NCBI GenBank assembly: GCA_964016885.1
Contig: OZ024742.1
Location: 63,798,001-63,862,000 of the forward strand
Reading direction: 5' to 3'
Source: Eledone cirrhosa
Taxonomy: Eukaryota
Length of the DNA: 64,000 bases
Shown here: piece by piece, positions 23,570 to 40,477 of the stretch
Layout of the letters: each line of letters starts with the position of its first letter
Position numbering within the stretch: the stretch's first letter is position 1
Made by a program: the position numbers and the translations under genes
The notes under the pieces: generated by a model
Databases searched by the model: none
Told to the model about the DNA's origin: nothing
Seen by the model: the letters and a program-made list of their open reading frames with translations, nothing else

Positions 23570-23719
23570 TATCTATCTCTTTGAATGTTTCTCCACTTGT
23601 ACAAAGTAGAGACAGACTCTGTAAGCTGTAGAAAAGACAACCCGTCTAGGAGAGCAGCTGTCCTGAATTTAAACTTATACAGGGTAGAAATGACTCATGC
23701 ATCTTGACAAATAACACTG

Positions 23720-26700
23720 TTAGTGCTGGCACGATTAAATGCACCCAGTCAAAGCTGTAGTGGATGGTAATAGGAAGGGTATCCAGTCAGGAAATCTTCG
23801 CCATAATAATATGACCTGCACAACCCATGATATTGAAAATAGTTTCGTATATAGAGCTAACACTAACAATGTTAGAGCTGCACACATTAATGAAGTGGCT
23901 GACCTAGCCGAGTTTGAGAACCATTCGATCGTCATCAAACCATCGCACATTTCCTTTCAAATAAAGAACACTATTAATACATGACGACTCAATGGACACT
24001 TCTTTACTGTAAAGTAACCTACTTCTGAGCTGGCACACTGAAAGGTAGATTGGGGGAAATAGTGGCGATGTGTGAGCGGAGACGAGTTGAGGTGTGCTGC
24101 GTGCATGGGGTGAGATGGAGGAATGCACCAGCTAAACCCTTCACGGGCAAAATTTATGGATACAAGCTCTTCTGGTTAAGTCACGGTGGGGTAGGTGTCA
24201 TAGACATTTTACTAGTAGATAGTTAAGGTAATTGAAGTAGTTAGAGTAAATGACAACAATTATCTCCACTTATGGATCACAATTAAGATTAAGTAAAGAA
24301 CAAAAGGGCCATTTCTCTGAGGATCGTTTTGTTCAGTAACAGACAACAGTGACCTCGTCAACTTAGCTGGTGACTTAAATGGACATGTTGGGAAACACCA
24401 GAATATCTATTCTGGAGTGCACGATGCCTACGGATAAGACTTGAAAAATGAATAGGGATCAAGGCTCCTAGAATTTAATGATATAACTGACCTAACCATT
24501 TGCAACTTCACGAAACCGACCAGCCACTTGATCACCCACCAATTAGATGAGTATGCAAACCAGATTAACTCCACGCTCGTTAGAAAATGGGTTAGATAAG
24601 TTTCTTCCTAGAGAAGAACGCACCACCTAACACCAATTAATTATTAGTGGCATCAGAATAAGTATCAAACAATCATAAACGCAAAACAATCCGGAGAAGG
24701 GGAGTATGTTCACTAAAGGGCCCTTCTGTTAAATGTAAGTTTGGAAAAGCTCTACGTGATGCATACGACGAGGAGGGTGAGATGACTACGTAAGACAAAA
24801 AACAATTACTAATTTTTACAGGACAACCTGTTTCAGACTACTGGTGAGACATGTAGCTGGAGAGAGGCACCAGCCAAACAAAAGATGGTTTGATGGGGAA
24901 ACAGTACTATTGATACAGCCTTTAAAACTAAGAAAAAGGTATGGTGACTTGGTTGGGAAACAGTACTATTGATAGAGCCTTTAAAACTAAGAAACAAGTA
25001 TGGAAAGACTGAGGAAATGGGGGACAGCACAGAGCAATACCAATTAACTAAAAGAGAAATTTGCCGATGTTTACTTAGCATGTAGAAAAGCAGAAAGCAA
25101 GAGATTTTACCAATTTGCTGTGACATGAGGTCCAACGGCGTGAGGCGTTCCGCATTGCGAGGCAATGTGTCAGTATGAACCACGATGTTGATAGGGAGAA
25201 GTGTGTTCGAAAATACTGGTGCACTTAACCTCTCTGATTCTCATAAGAAAGAAGCCTGGAAATGCTACTATAAGAGAATGATGAATGCGGAGAAGAAGGA
25301 AGAAGGGCTACCCCTAGTAGACTTAACAGAGGGATCGGCTATCGAAATAACACAGTTATAGGGTTAAAAAAGAAACTATGGAGACGAAAAATGGAAAAGC
25401 TGCTGAACCGTCAGAAATACTCCCTGAAAGTCAAGCTAGTCACTCGTATAGTCAGGTAATATATGATGGTGTCATATTCAATGACTGGCGTAACAGTATC
25501 ATCATTAACTGCTGCAAGAGAAAGAGGAATGTTCCAGAAAGGATCAACTGCAGAGGCATGTAATTGGCAGATCAAACTATGAAAGTGTCGAAAGAGTGTT
25601 GGCACATCTAATTATGGAAAACGTCAAATTAGATAATGTACAGTTTGGCATTGTGCTAGAAAGGAGTCCCAGTGATGCTCTTTTAGTGAAACAACTGCAA
25701 CAGAAGTTCATAGCTACTATATCTATCCTTTGCTGATCTGGAAAAAGCATTTGACAGAATGCTACGATCTGTTACCTCGTGATTTTAAAAGAAACTAGAT
25801 GTACATAGATGAATAGCTTGTGAGAACAATGCAAGTATAGAGGTGTTTATCAGTAAAATGAGACTAGGTGATGATGAATTTAGTGAGGAATTCAACGTGC
25901 AGTTGAGCGTTCATAAAGACTCGGTTCTCAGTCATCCTGTTTATTATAGTTCTACAGGCTATAACAGAGGAATTTAAAATTAGCTGTCCATAGAAATCTG
26001 TATGTTGGTGACCTGCTTTTTATAACCGAATCTGTGGAAGAGCTTGAAAAGAGAACTTTGGACCAAAAGAGATCAAAATAAACCTAGCAATGAAAACAGT
26101 TTAAGTATGTTGAAAAGAGGACAATATTCTGATTCCACCAGGAAAGTAATGATGTTTGGTCTGTAGAAAAGGAGTGGATAGGAACTCTATATGGTGTACA
26201 CAATATAAGTTATGAGTACACAAGAAGTATAGTGGGACTGAAGGTAGGCTAACAGAAAAAGTAGACGTTACTTTTGATATGCGGAGGTTGAACAGAAATT
26301 TAGTAGATACACAGTGGTAGTTGGTAGTAAAAGAGCACCGGTGAAATAATTCTTTTCCATTCCCGGGAATGTACCATAAAAGTATTTGATAGTTTCTTCT
26401 AATTAGGTGACCTAATTAGCAACGGAAGAGGTTGCTCTGAAAGCATAGTAGCTAGAATGAAAATAGGTTGGAAAACATCCAGGGATCTACTACCTCTGTT
26501 GACAACGAAGGGATTTTCTCTCTGAGCGAAGGGTAGATTGTATGATGCCCGCATGAGGAGTGCAGTAAATGCAAAGGATATGCGGAGGTTGAAAAGAAAT
26601 AAAACGAGCATGCTCCGTGCGATGTGTAATGTTAGTGTGCATGAACGATGAGGTTTGGATCAGTTGAGAATAAAAATTGGGTATAACAGAAATCAGAATT

Positions 26701-26850
26701 AGTGTGCAAAACAGAAGAATGCATTGGAAGGGCACGTGATGCGTAAGAAGGCAGGATGTGCCGGAAAGGGGCCGACCAACCCATGCAAGCACGGAAAAAG
26801 GAATGTAAAATGTTGATAGTAATGATGATGATTATGATGAAGATGATATG
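23720..26850 (+). mobile_element. Heavily decayed RTE-clade LINE
   Basis: Remnants GTLKGR..EIV (~24035), LAGDLNGHVG (~24362), FADLEKAFDR (~25730), LYVGDL (~25998), GVDRNSIWC (~26171); GAT-rich tail ~26812-26850; many stops. Confidence 0.8.
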
Positions 26851-27094
26851 CACTGATATGGCGTTACATTCATATGTTTATACATTTTGCATATTTATGT
26901 TTTAACATATTTGTAATTTTAACATTCATATATTTGAAATGTTTTATAAAGCAAGTAACATGATTGGAATTTCAAAGTGTGTTTTTGATTTTAGGCAAGT
27001 CTACCACGATGTATAATATATATATATTTGATCTCTTTAAACTAGAGTTTCAAAATTTTATTTATGAAATATATCATGTAAATATAGTTTAATA

Positions 27095-27390
27095 GAAAAA
27101 GAAGAAAAAAAGAAAATTTAGATTGAGAAGAATGGAATGTAAAAGAGGGAAATATAGAGAAAAAAGAGGAAAAAACCCGGAAGAGGAGGGAATGGCAATA
27201 ACTCTAGTATCACAGAAGAATGGGAGGAGAACGAAGATTGGGCTCTGGGCCTAGGGTGCGGCGGATAAGACCGCAAAAGCATTCCGCGGACAATGGCCAG
27301 CGACACACGCTGCAACAGCCACCCCACCTCGCGGAGCTCGCTCCTGAGACGGGCCGCCGACGTTCCGATTTTGCGGAGGAGCTCGACTGT
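27095..27390 (-). mobile_element. 3' fragment of a CRE-clade (restriction-like endonuclease) non-LTR element
   Basis: Minus strand: ELLRKIGTSAARLRSELREVGWLLQRVSLAIVRG/NAFAVLSAAP* (one frameshift), matching the QR.S.AI.RGNA C-terminal motif; pyrimidine-rich 3' UTR. Confidence 0.75.
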
Positions 27391-27584
27391 ACAATTGTTA
27401 CTATAGAATAGTTGAAAGTAGGCATATAACCAGTTTAGGCGGGAAAAAAATGGAACGTTCGTCTCCCGCAGGTGTTAGATTTTCAACTAATTTATAGTTA
27501 AAATTATGCGTCGTGTTTCTCTTGCATGGAAGCAAAACACTTTCCAAATTCATATAATTATATTTCTTCGTACGTCCCTTTACG

Positions 27585-27702
27585 ATCTGAGTTCAAATCC
27601 CGCCGAGGTTGACTTTGCCTTTCATCCTTACGGGGTCGATAAAATAAAGTACCAGTAATGCACTGGGTAATTGCTGGCCTTGTGCCTAAAGTAGAAACAA
27701 TT
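27585..27702 (+). mobile_element. tRNA-derived SINE, Meta-domain-like (5' part missing)
   Basis: B-box GAGTTCAAATCC then GACTTTGCCTTTCATCCTTACGGGGTCGATAAAATAAAGTACCAG; same family at 28832, 30010, 33620, 34243. Confidence 0.85.
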
Positions 27703-27865
27703 ATTTTTCTTTCTCTTTTGCTTATTTTTCCATACTTTTTTTGTACACATGAATTCGACGCTTAATTAGTCATCTTTCTCCATACCAGCTTCGTTTATTC
27801 TGTCATTTATCAGATACTACTTATAATATTATTTATTTTCATATTTCTCCCTACAAAAAACTAAT

Positions 27866-28754
<889 letters not shown>

Positions 28755-28831
28755 TATATATTCATCAAAGTAATTACCAAATACGTTTTTATATTAAATA
28801 TTGATTTACGATCGTTATATATATATATATC

Positions 28832-29148
<317 letters not shown>

Positions 29149-29354
29149 AGAAACATCCTATAAGATATCTTCATAGCATTTCAGCGCTTAAGCGCTTTCT
29201 TTATATTTATATAATTAGGTATATTCTCAGTGCTTCAAAAGCCGAAAATTCGGCTTCGTACATTGTTTATCCCACCACCCAACACTCTCAAGCGTGAGAC
29301 TAAAAACTTACCATTTGTACTGCCTCTCCGTTTTTTGTTCTCTGTCATTTATTC

Positions 29355-29357
<3 letters not shown>

Positions 29358-29408
<51 letters not shown>
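29358..29408. repeat. (TA)n microsatellite
   Basis: Direct reading. Confidence 0.98.
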
Positions 29409-29411
<3 letters not shown>

Positions 29412-29592
29412 ATAAGAAACGGGGAATCAGTGGTACGACGAATAAAATGCATTAGATATATTACAATCGTTTCTCTGGCGACCAGCTCGACGCACGATCG
29501 ATGCAATGATCGAACCTGACTCTGAAATCGCAAGGTCCTCAGATACGTCTCGATTCTTCGAAGCAGAGTTTCCATTTGCCCATACTGGTGAA

Positions 29593-29714
29593 GCTCATTT
29601 TCAGCTGAGTTGACTTCAGGAACATGAAATGAGGTGCTTTTGCTCAAGAACACAACGTGCCATCCGGCCCATGACATTGTGATCATGAGTCCAACACTCC
29701 AACCACTAGGTCAC
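29593..29714 (-). mobile_element. Second SINE family, tRNA head + CORE-like segment
   Basis: Minus strand GTGACCTAGTGGTTGGAGTGTTGGACTCATGATC (A-box) then GTTGTGTTCTTGAGCAAAAGCAC...CAACTCAGCTGAAAATGAG. Confidence 0.55.
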
Positions 29715-29889
29715 GAACCTTCATATTTTAAATATAGAACACGGCAATAACAAATTATAGACCCTAAAACATATTATCACCATCCATGAGCTCGTAAATG
29801 CTAATGGAGTCATGTAGGTGCCGTAGTAACATTTCAAACTTGGCGGAGCCCATATTTTCTTCAAGTGTGAACAAACCCGATTTCTTCGA

Positions 29890-30005
<116 letters not shown>

Positions 30006-30009
30006 GCCT

Positions 30010-30157
30010 GTTATTTTACTATCAATCTTCACTGGATGAAAGGTAAAGTTGAGTTCGGCGGAATTTGAGATAAGAGCCGGGGGGGGGGGGGGGGGCTGGA
30101 ACGAATACCAAAAAGCATTCTATCCGACGTTCTAACCACTCTGCCAACTCGCCGCCG
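30010..30157 (-). mobile_element. Degenerate SINE of the 28832 family (with poly-G run)
   Basis: Plus strand GGATGAAAGGTAAAGTTGAGTTCGGCGGAATTTGA ... TCTGCCAACTCGCCGCC. Confidence 0.7.
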
Positions 30158-30447
30158 ATGTTATCCCCTGATACGTAAAAAACAACAACAACAAAAACAC
30201 ACCCGTAAAACCGCTACACACCTCAACTACTTAATTACCCACCGTTACGGGTGAGTAGGTCAACTCAGGTGGGTACCTCATAATGTACAGGCAACTAGTA
30301 CACAGTTACTCCAAAATTAATAGAGCATGATAGCACTAGAAGCACAAGTGTTCAAGATAACACATACACATACACGCACACTCACATACAGACATATACA
30401 TACATATACGTATATACACACGCACACATACATACGCATAATAGATA

Positions 30448-31867
30448 AGTTTCTTTTATTTGCCACTAGGGCATCAAAAGTGGGACAAGTACAAAGGGGG
30501 GAGTTTACACAAAAAGGCGTCCTCAATAAGGAGGAGGCAATAACAAAATATAAAAATAAAATAAGATATAACAAAAAATAAAATTTTTAACAAAATCCTC
30601 AATAGAGAGGAGGCGCCTTGGGGGGTCGCACACACCCCCGAAAAAAGTGTGCAACCCTTTTCCTCAGGAGCACAGAGAGGGGGTGCTCCCTCGTTCCTTC
30701 CTCTTTTCCACCTACAGGCTTATGTAAAGAGAAGGCCCATTCACACGGGCCATTCTCGCCACTTTCACCCACCTTTCATAAAAACGACTGGGGTGCAGCA
30801 CCTCTCTCTCCATCCTGATCCTTCTTCCGAAATGATATCGGAAGAAACGGACCAGTTGTTGGCCAGAGAGAAAGGTGCCTGACCTCAGTCCTTTCAGACG
30901 CGTCCACCATACAACCTCTTTCGCCATGGCTATTACGCACAGAAACACCGCCTCTGCTTCATCTTTGAAGGGGGGAGGCGGCTTGATCATTACAATAGAC
31001 TCGGTGGTCAACCGGATCGGTCCCACCCTTGACAGCAGTTGTTCGACATAGCCCCACAGATCGGCTACGCCCGAGCAGTGTACCAATGCGTGTGCAACGG
31101 TTTCCTCGTCGCACACGCATCTGGGACAGATCTTTTTGGCGGGGTCCCTACCCGGGCGCCCGTGTCTGTAGAGCCTTTCTCGAACGGGTAAAGCCCCTCG
31201 GTAGCACTGCCAGGCCAGGGACTTCTGGAAGTTGTCCATAGGTCCCGGGCTGAATGTCCTACCGAACAGGCTGGCCAGTTCGTCCTCCTCCATGTCTAGG
31301 GCTTCTCCGAGGGCGTCGTCGCACCTGCTGCGTACCAGCCCTCTATAGAATGTTGCGGTGGAGTCTCCACTGATAACCGGATCCGCCTGCCAGAGGGCGG
31401 TGAGCGCTTGGGCACACTCAGTGTGCCAGGCGCCCAGTTTTCTCAGTCTTTGCTTGACCCAGGATTGCAGCTCGGTGAGTGAGACGAGTCTGGGAAAGGT
31501 TCGTCTCACAAACGAGGCCCACACCGGTTGTCCGGTGAGGAATACGTAGAGGTGCCGTAGCCTTAATGCGTGTTTACGCATCATTAGCCACGGCATCCCC
31601 AGCCCTCCTTTCGAAGGGTGTTGACAGCAGATGGATCTCCTCACCATAGGAGCCCGCCTCTTCCAAAGGAATTGGAAGAGCGCGCGCTCCATCTTGGTGA
31701 GGGTTTCCCTTGGGCAGGGCACTACGGTCAGGCGGTAATAGATGACGGACGCTATATAAGTGTTCGCCACCTCCGCCCGACCTTTCAGGGATAGTTTGCA
31801 ACTGGCCCACTTCTGGGTCAGTGCAAACACCCTGTTCGTAACCTCCGCCCAGTTTTTCTCCACCTGG
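30448..31867 (-). mobile_element. Tx1-group LINE copy F, 5'-truncated, with target-site duplication
   Basis: ORF2 3' third plus 3' UTR; flanked by ATAATAGATA at 30438-30447 and 31868-31877. Confidence 0.93.
30712..31863 (-). CDS. Uninterrupted C-terminal 383 aa of Tx1 ORF2 (post-RT region and zinc domain); 5'-truncated
   Basis: KGGLGMP, AWQCYRGALPV, CPRC..EETVAHALVHC, GPSLYISL*; no stop or frameshift. Confidence 0.85.
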   Translation of the reverse strand: MEKNWAEVTNRVFALTQKWASCKLSLKGRAEVANTYIASVIYYRLTVVPCPRETLTKMERALFQFLWKRRAPMVRRSICCQHPSKGGLGMPWLMMRKHALRLRHLYVFLTGQPVWASFVRRTFPRLVSLTELQSWVKQRLRKLGAWHTECAQALTALWQADPVISGDSTATFYRGLVRSRCDDALGEALDMEEDELASLFGRTFSPGPMDNFQKSLAWQCYRGALPVRERLYRHGRPGRDPAKKICPRCVCDEETVAHALVHCSGVADLWGYVEQLLSRVGPIRLTTESIVMIKPPPPFKDEAEAVFLCVIAMAKEVVWWTRLKGLRSGTFLSGQQLVRFFRYHFGRRIRMEREVLHPSRFYERWVKVARMARVNGPSLYISL

Positions 31868-31879
31868 ATAATAGATATT

Positions 31880-32240
31880 TACGCATACATACGCATAATA
31901 GATATTTACGCATACATATTCACGCATACCTACACACACATACATGCGCGCACATACACACTTACATGCATACACACATACATATATACACACATATATA
32001 TATATACATATATACATACACACACACACACTTACATACATACACACATACATACGTGCATACGCACATAGATACATATATACACACACTTACATACATA
32101 CATACATATACACATACATACATACCTACACACATACATACATACATACATACATACATACATACATACATACATACATACATACATACATACACACATG
32201 CATATACACACACGCACACACACATATTTACACGCATATA
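31880..32240. repeat. (CATA)n/(CA)n low-complexity tract (continues at 30360-30440 left of copy F)
   Basis: Direct reading. Confidence 0.92.
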
Positions 32241-32541
32241 TAAATTACACGTATATATAAATATATACTTTTTTCATATGTAACCCATTTGCGACGCCGC
32301 AGCTCCATTATTATCATATTTACATATATAAATATATATACGTCCATCGACCTCATTGGCCATTCTACTAGCCATTGACAAGATCTACTAATCACAAATA
32401 AGAACTTCCAATTCGGGGAGACTGCGTAAAGATTAGATAACAGAAACCTGTGTCTACTCTATACTGTATCGGTCCTCTTCATTCATCACTTTTAACTTAA
32501 TTTTCTTTCTTTCTCATCCCCTTTCTCCCTCTCTCTTTGTG

Positions 32542-32548
<7 letters not shown>

Positions 32549-32630
<82 letters not shown>
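32549..32630. repeat. (CT)n microsatellite
   Basis: Direct reading. Confidence 0.98.
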
Positions 32631-32634
<4 letters not shown>

Positions 32635-32897
32635 GTTTTTCTTATATATAAGATACCTTTTTTAATTTGTCATGGCTTACTAGCTCAACACGGATGTTTA
32701 TATAAGAGGTTTTTGTAGCTTGCTTGAAAATAGTATTTTTATTAGAAGGAAACTACAATGTCAATTGTTAAAAATATGATGATAACAGCGTTGGAAAATA
32801 ACGCACCACTTTCAAACATCTAAAATGGCAGCCTATGAGCACTAAAGTAGTTTTCTCGATTATTCTTCTGACGAAAGGATTTTATCCTGAAGCATAA

Positions 32898-33542
32898 ATG
32901 TTACAAATTCCGAGACCACAGAGAGCATCTGGAAAGGAGCATACTTTGATAATTGGTAACTGGAACATTACAGCCCTTACAGACAAGAAGCAGGGACTAG
33001 TGAAGGAGGCCATTTGCTACAGATTAGATATAGTCATGGTTTCCACAACAAAATTCCGTGTCTCTAGCACTGTAGATATGAATGGAGGATGGAAACTTTG
33101 CTATTCAGGTGCGGCACCAGAACAGATTGCACAGCCCCAGATTGTCAGAATGTGTTGTGGACTGGATCCCATTAGGAGGGAGAATTTGCCTCTTGAGCCG
33201 CTACTTTTCCGAATTGAGAGATCACAACTCCAATATTACGGACATGTGATTAGAATGTCTCAGGAAAGAAACACTGGACATATTTTATGGGCAACACCAA
33301 CCGACAGGAGACACATAGGGAGACCCTGAGTAAGATGATTGGATAACACCCATCAGCTCGGCTGGTCTCGCTTGAGGATCCAGCCGGCTCTGTTTGAGAT
33401 GGTTTCTTCTGACAACACCTACTGGAAGGCATGCTTGAGGACTCTGCTCCTACGACCCTCCTATGAATGAGTAAGAGAAGAAAAAGAAAAAGAAGAAGAA
33501 GAAGAAGAAGAAGAAGAAGAAGAAGAAGAAGAAGAAGAAGAA
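32898..33542 (+). mobile_element. Internally deleted RTE-clade LINE (Expander/Rex3-like) with (GAA)n tail
   Basis: EN start IGNWNITALT..YRLDIV..GWKLCYSG joined to C-terminus EPLLFRIERSQLQYYGHVIRM..RR.IGRP; (GAA)n ~33477-33542. Confidence 0.75.
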
Positions 33543-33619
33543 TTTAAATATAATGAAAAATGGATAAAAACAGGGTAAATAATTTTAATTCCCTGTAAGT
33601 AGATCTGTACTATTTTAAA

Positions 33620-33810
33620 CTAATAATTGTTTCTACTTTTTGGCACAAGGCCAGCAATTACCCAGTACATTACTGGTACTTTATTTTATCGACCCCGTAA
33701 GGATGAAAGGCAAAGTTAACCTCGGCGGGATTCGAACTCAGAATGGCAAGGGCCGTAACTCTGTGCGTCAAAGCATATCCTCCGACCCTCTACCGATACT
33801 GCCAATCCAC
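33620..33810 (-). mobile_element. SINE of the 28832 family
   Basis: Reverse-complement match including TTTATCGACCCCGTAAGGATGAAAGGCAAAG and B-box. Confidence 0.88.
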
Positions 33811-34052
33811 TAATAGTATATAAATAAACTCCTTGTACGTCCTACACTACAAAAACCAACACACACATACACACATACCAACACACACACGTACTCCACC
33901 TAGCTAATACCGATAGCATTTCTTCGGATATCAACACCGGAGCAATGTATTTTCCATCCTGTCGACCGGGACCAAGAAACGAAATGCTTTCAACTGTCCG
34001 CTATCCACTATATTTAATTCCTCTCCAGGACACTGAATGTTTATTCAAGAGA

Positions 34053-34199
<147 letters not shown>

Positions 34200-34242
34200 G
34201 AGATGAAACGGGAGAAAGGAAAAAGAGATTATGAAGAAATAA

Positions 34243-34380
34243 TCAACGCCAGTATTACACTGGTATTTTATATATGGATCCTATACTAGAGAATGAAAAC
34301 AAAATCAATCCCGTTGGGATTTTAAGCCGGAACGGAGAGAGGCGGAATGAATACTGCGAAGCATTCTGTCCGACATAAAC
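34243..34380 (-). mobile_element. Degenerate SINE of the 28832 family
   Basis: CCAGTATTACACTGGTATTTTAT ... GAATACTGCGAAGCATTCTGTCCGAC. Confidence 0.55.
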
Positions 34381-34422
34381 ACAGTTTCGTACGCCAATAA
34401 CATCCCACTCACATCATTTCTA

Positions 34423-37400
34423 CAACAATCTAGACAACTGCACAACTACTGCAGCTATACACCAATCTAGACAACTGCACAACTACTGCAGCTATACACC
34501 AATATAGACAACTGCACAACTACTGCAGCTATACACCAATATAGACAACTGCACAACTACAGCAGCTATACACCAATATAGACAACTGCACAACTACTGC
34601 AGATCTACACCAATCTAGACAACTGCACAACTACTGCAGCTATACACCAATCTAGACAACTGCACAACTACTGAAGCTATACACCAATCTAGACAACTGC
34701 ACAACTACTGCAGCTATACACCAATCTAGACAACTGCACAACTACTGCAGCTATACACCAATCTAGACAACTGCACAACTACTGCATATCTACACCAATC
34801 TAGACAACTGCACAACTACTGCAGCTATACACCAATCTAGACAACTGCACAACTACTGCAGATCTACACCAATATAGACAACTGCACAACTATGCAGATC
34901 TACACCAATCTAGACAACTGCACAACTACTGCAGCTATACACCAATATAGACAACTGCACAACTACTGCAGATCTACGCCAATCTAGACAACTGCACAAC
35001 TATTGCAGATCTACGCCAATCTAGACAACTGCAAAACTATTGCAGATCTACACCAATCTGGACAACTGCACAATTATTGCAGATCTACGCCAATCTAGAC
35101 AACTGCACAACTATTTGCAGATCTACGCCAATCTAGACAACTGCACAACTACTGCAGATCTACACCAATCTATACAATTGCACAACTATTGCAGATCTAC
35201 ACCAATGTAGACAACTGCACAACTATTGCAGATCTACACCAATCTAGACAACTGCACAACTACTGCAGATCTACAACAATCTAGACAGTTGCACAACTAC
35301 TGCAGATCTACACCAATCTAGACAGTTGCACAACTACTGCAGATCTACACCAATCTATACAGTTGCACAATTATTGCAGATCTACACTAATGTAGACAAC
35401 TGCACAACTATTGCAGATCTACACCAATCTAGACAACTGCACAACTACTGCAGATCTACAACAATCTAGACAGTTGCACAACTACTGCAGATCTACACCA
35501 ATCTAGACAGTTGCACAACTACTGCAGATCTACACCAATCTATACAGTTGCACAATTATTGCAGATCTACGCCAATCTAGACAACTGCACAACTATTGCA
35601 GATCTACACCAATCTAGACAACTGCAAAACTACTGCAGATCTACACCAATCTAGACAACTGCACAACTACTGCAGATCCACACCAATCTAGACAATTGCA
35701 CAACTATTGCAGATCTACACCAATCTAGACAACTGTACAACTATTCCAGATCTACACCAATGTAGACAACTGCACAACTACTGCAGATCTACAACAATCT
35801 AGACAGTTGCACAACTATTGCAGATCTACACCAATCTAGACAGTTGCACAAATACTGCAGATCTACGCCAATCTAGACAGTTGCACAATTATTGCAGAAC
35901 TACGCCAATCTAGACAACTGCACAACTATTGCAGATCTACACTAATCTAGACAACTGCACAACTACTGCAGATCTACACCAATCTAGACAGTTGCACAAG
36001 TACTGCAGATCTACGCCAATCTAGACAGTTGCACAATTATTGCAGATCTACGCCAATCTAGACAACTGCACAACTATTGCAGATCTACGCCAATCTAGAC
36101 AACTGCACAACTACTGCAGATCTACACCAATCTAGACAACTGCACAACTATTGCAGATCCACACCAATCTAGACAACTGCATAACTACTGCAGATCTACA
36201 CCAATCTAGACAACTGCACAACTATTGCAGATCCACGCCAATCTAGACAACTGCACAACTATTGCAGATCTACACCAATCTAGACAACTGCACAACTTTT
36301 GCAGATCTACGCCAATCTAGACAACTGCACAACTATTGCAGATCTACGCCAATCTAGACAACTGCGCAACTATTGCAGATCTACACCAATCTAGACAACT
36401 GCACAATTATTGCAGATCCACGCCAATCTAGACAACTGCACAAATATTGCAGATCTACACCAATGTAGACAACTGCATAACTATTGCAGATCTACAACAA
36501 TCTAGACAGTTGCACAACTACTGCAGATCTACACCAATCTAGACAGTTGCACAAGTACTGCAGATCTACGCCAATCTAGAGAGTTGCACAAGTACTGCAG
36601 ATCTACGCCAATCTAGACAACTGCACAACTATTGCAGATCTACGCCAATCTAGACAACTGCACAACTATTGCAGATCTACACCAATCTAGACAACTGCAC
36701 AACTATTGCAGATCTAGGGCCAATCTAGACAACTGCACAACAATTGCAGATCTATGCCAATCTAGACAACTGCACAACTATTGCAGATCTACACTAATCT
36801 CGACAACTGCACAACTATTGCAGATCTACGCCAATCTAGACAACTGCACAACTACTGCAGATCTACACCAATCTAGACAACTGCACAACTATTGCAGATC
36901 TACACCAATCTAGGACAGTTGCACAAATACTGCAGATCTACGCCAATCTAGACAGTTGCACAACTATTGCAGATCTACACCAATGTAGACAACTGCACAA
37001 CTACTGCAGATCTACACCAATCTAGACAACTGCACAACTATTGCAGATCTACGACAATCTAGACAACTGCACAACTATTGCAGATCTAGGCCAATCTAGA
37101 CAACTGCACAACTATTGCAGATCTATGCCAATCTAGACAACTGCACAACTATTGCAGATCTACACTAATCTCGACAACTGCACAACTATTGCAGATCTAC
37201 GCCAATCTAGACAACTGCACAATTACTGCAGATCTACACCAATCTATACAGTTGCACAAGTACTGCAGATCTACGCCAATCTAGAGAGTTGCACAAGTAC
37301 TGCAGATCTACGCCAATCTAGAAAACAGCATAACTATTGCAGATCTACACCAATGTAGACAACTGCACAAATACTGCAGATCTACACCAATCTAGACAAC

Positions 37401-37560
37401 TGCACAACTATTGCAGATCTACGCCAACTATACAACTGAAAAACTATTGTAGATCTACACCAATGTAGAAAACTGCACAACTACTGCAGATCTACACCAA
37501 TGTAGACAACTGCACAACTATTGCTGATCTACGCCAATCTAGACAGTTGCACAACTACTG
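34423..37560 (+). repeat. 37-bp satellite, left block
   Basis: Consensus GCAGATCTACRCCAATCTAGACAACTGCACAACTAYT; edge monomers are mostly a 36-bp GCAGCTATAC variant. Confidence 0.98.

Positions 37561-40477
<2,917 letters not shown>

Noticed and set aside
3091-23578. HeT-A/TART-like telomeric array
   Set aside because: Array is internal, with an LTR element on the left and other dispersed repeats on the right; no telomeric repeats seen
23334-23609. Conserved hydrophobic ORF3 in the 3' UTR (also 3968, 9320, 19145, 30317)
   Set aside because: Frame is not kept between copies (stop at once in B, after 27 codons in A and C); hydrophobicity follows from T-richness; conservation is better explained by RNA structure
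24895-26593. ~59-bp tandem duplication (24895-25003) and 17-bp repeat (26276/26577) in the old RTE
   Set aside because: Ordinary slippage or repair scars in a decayed element
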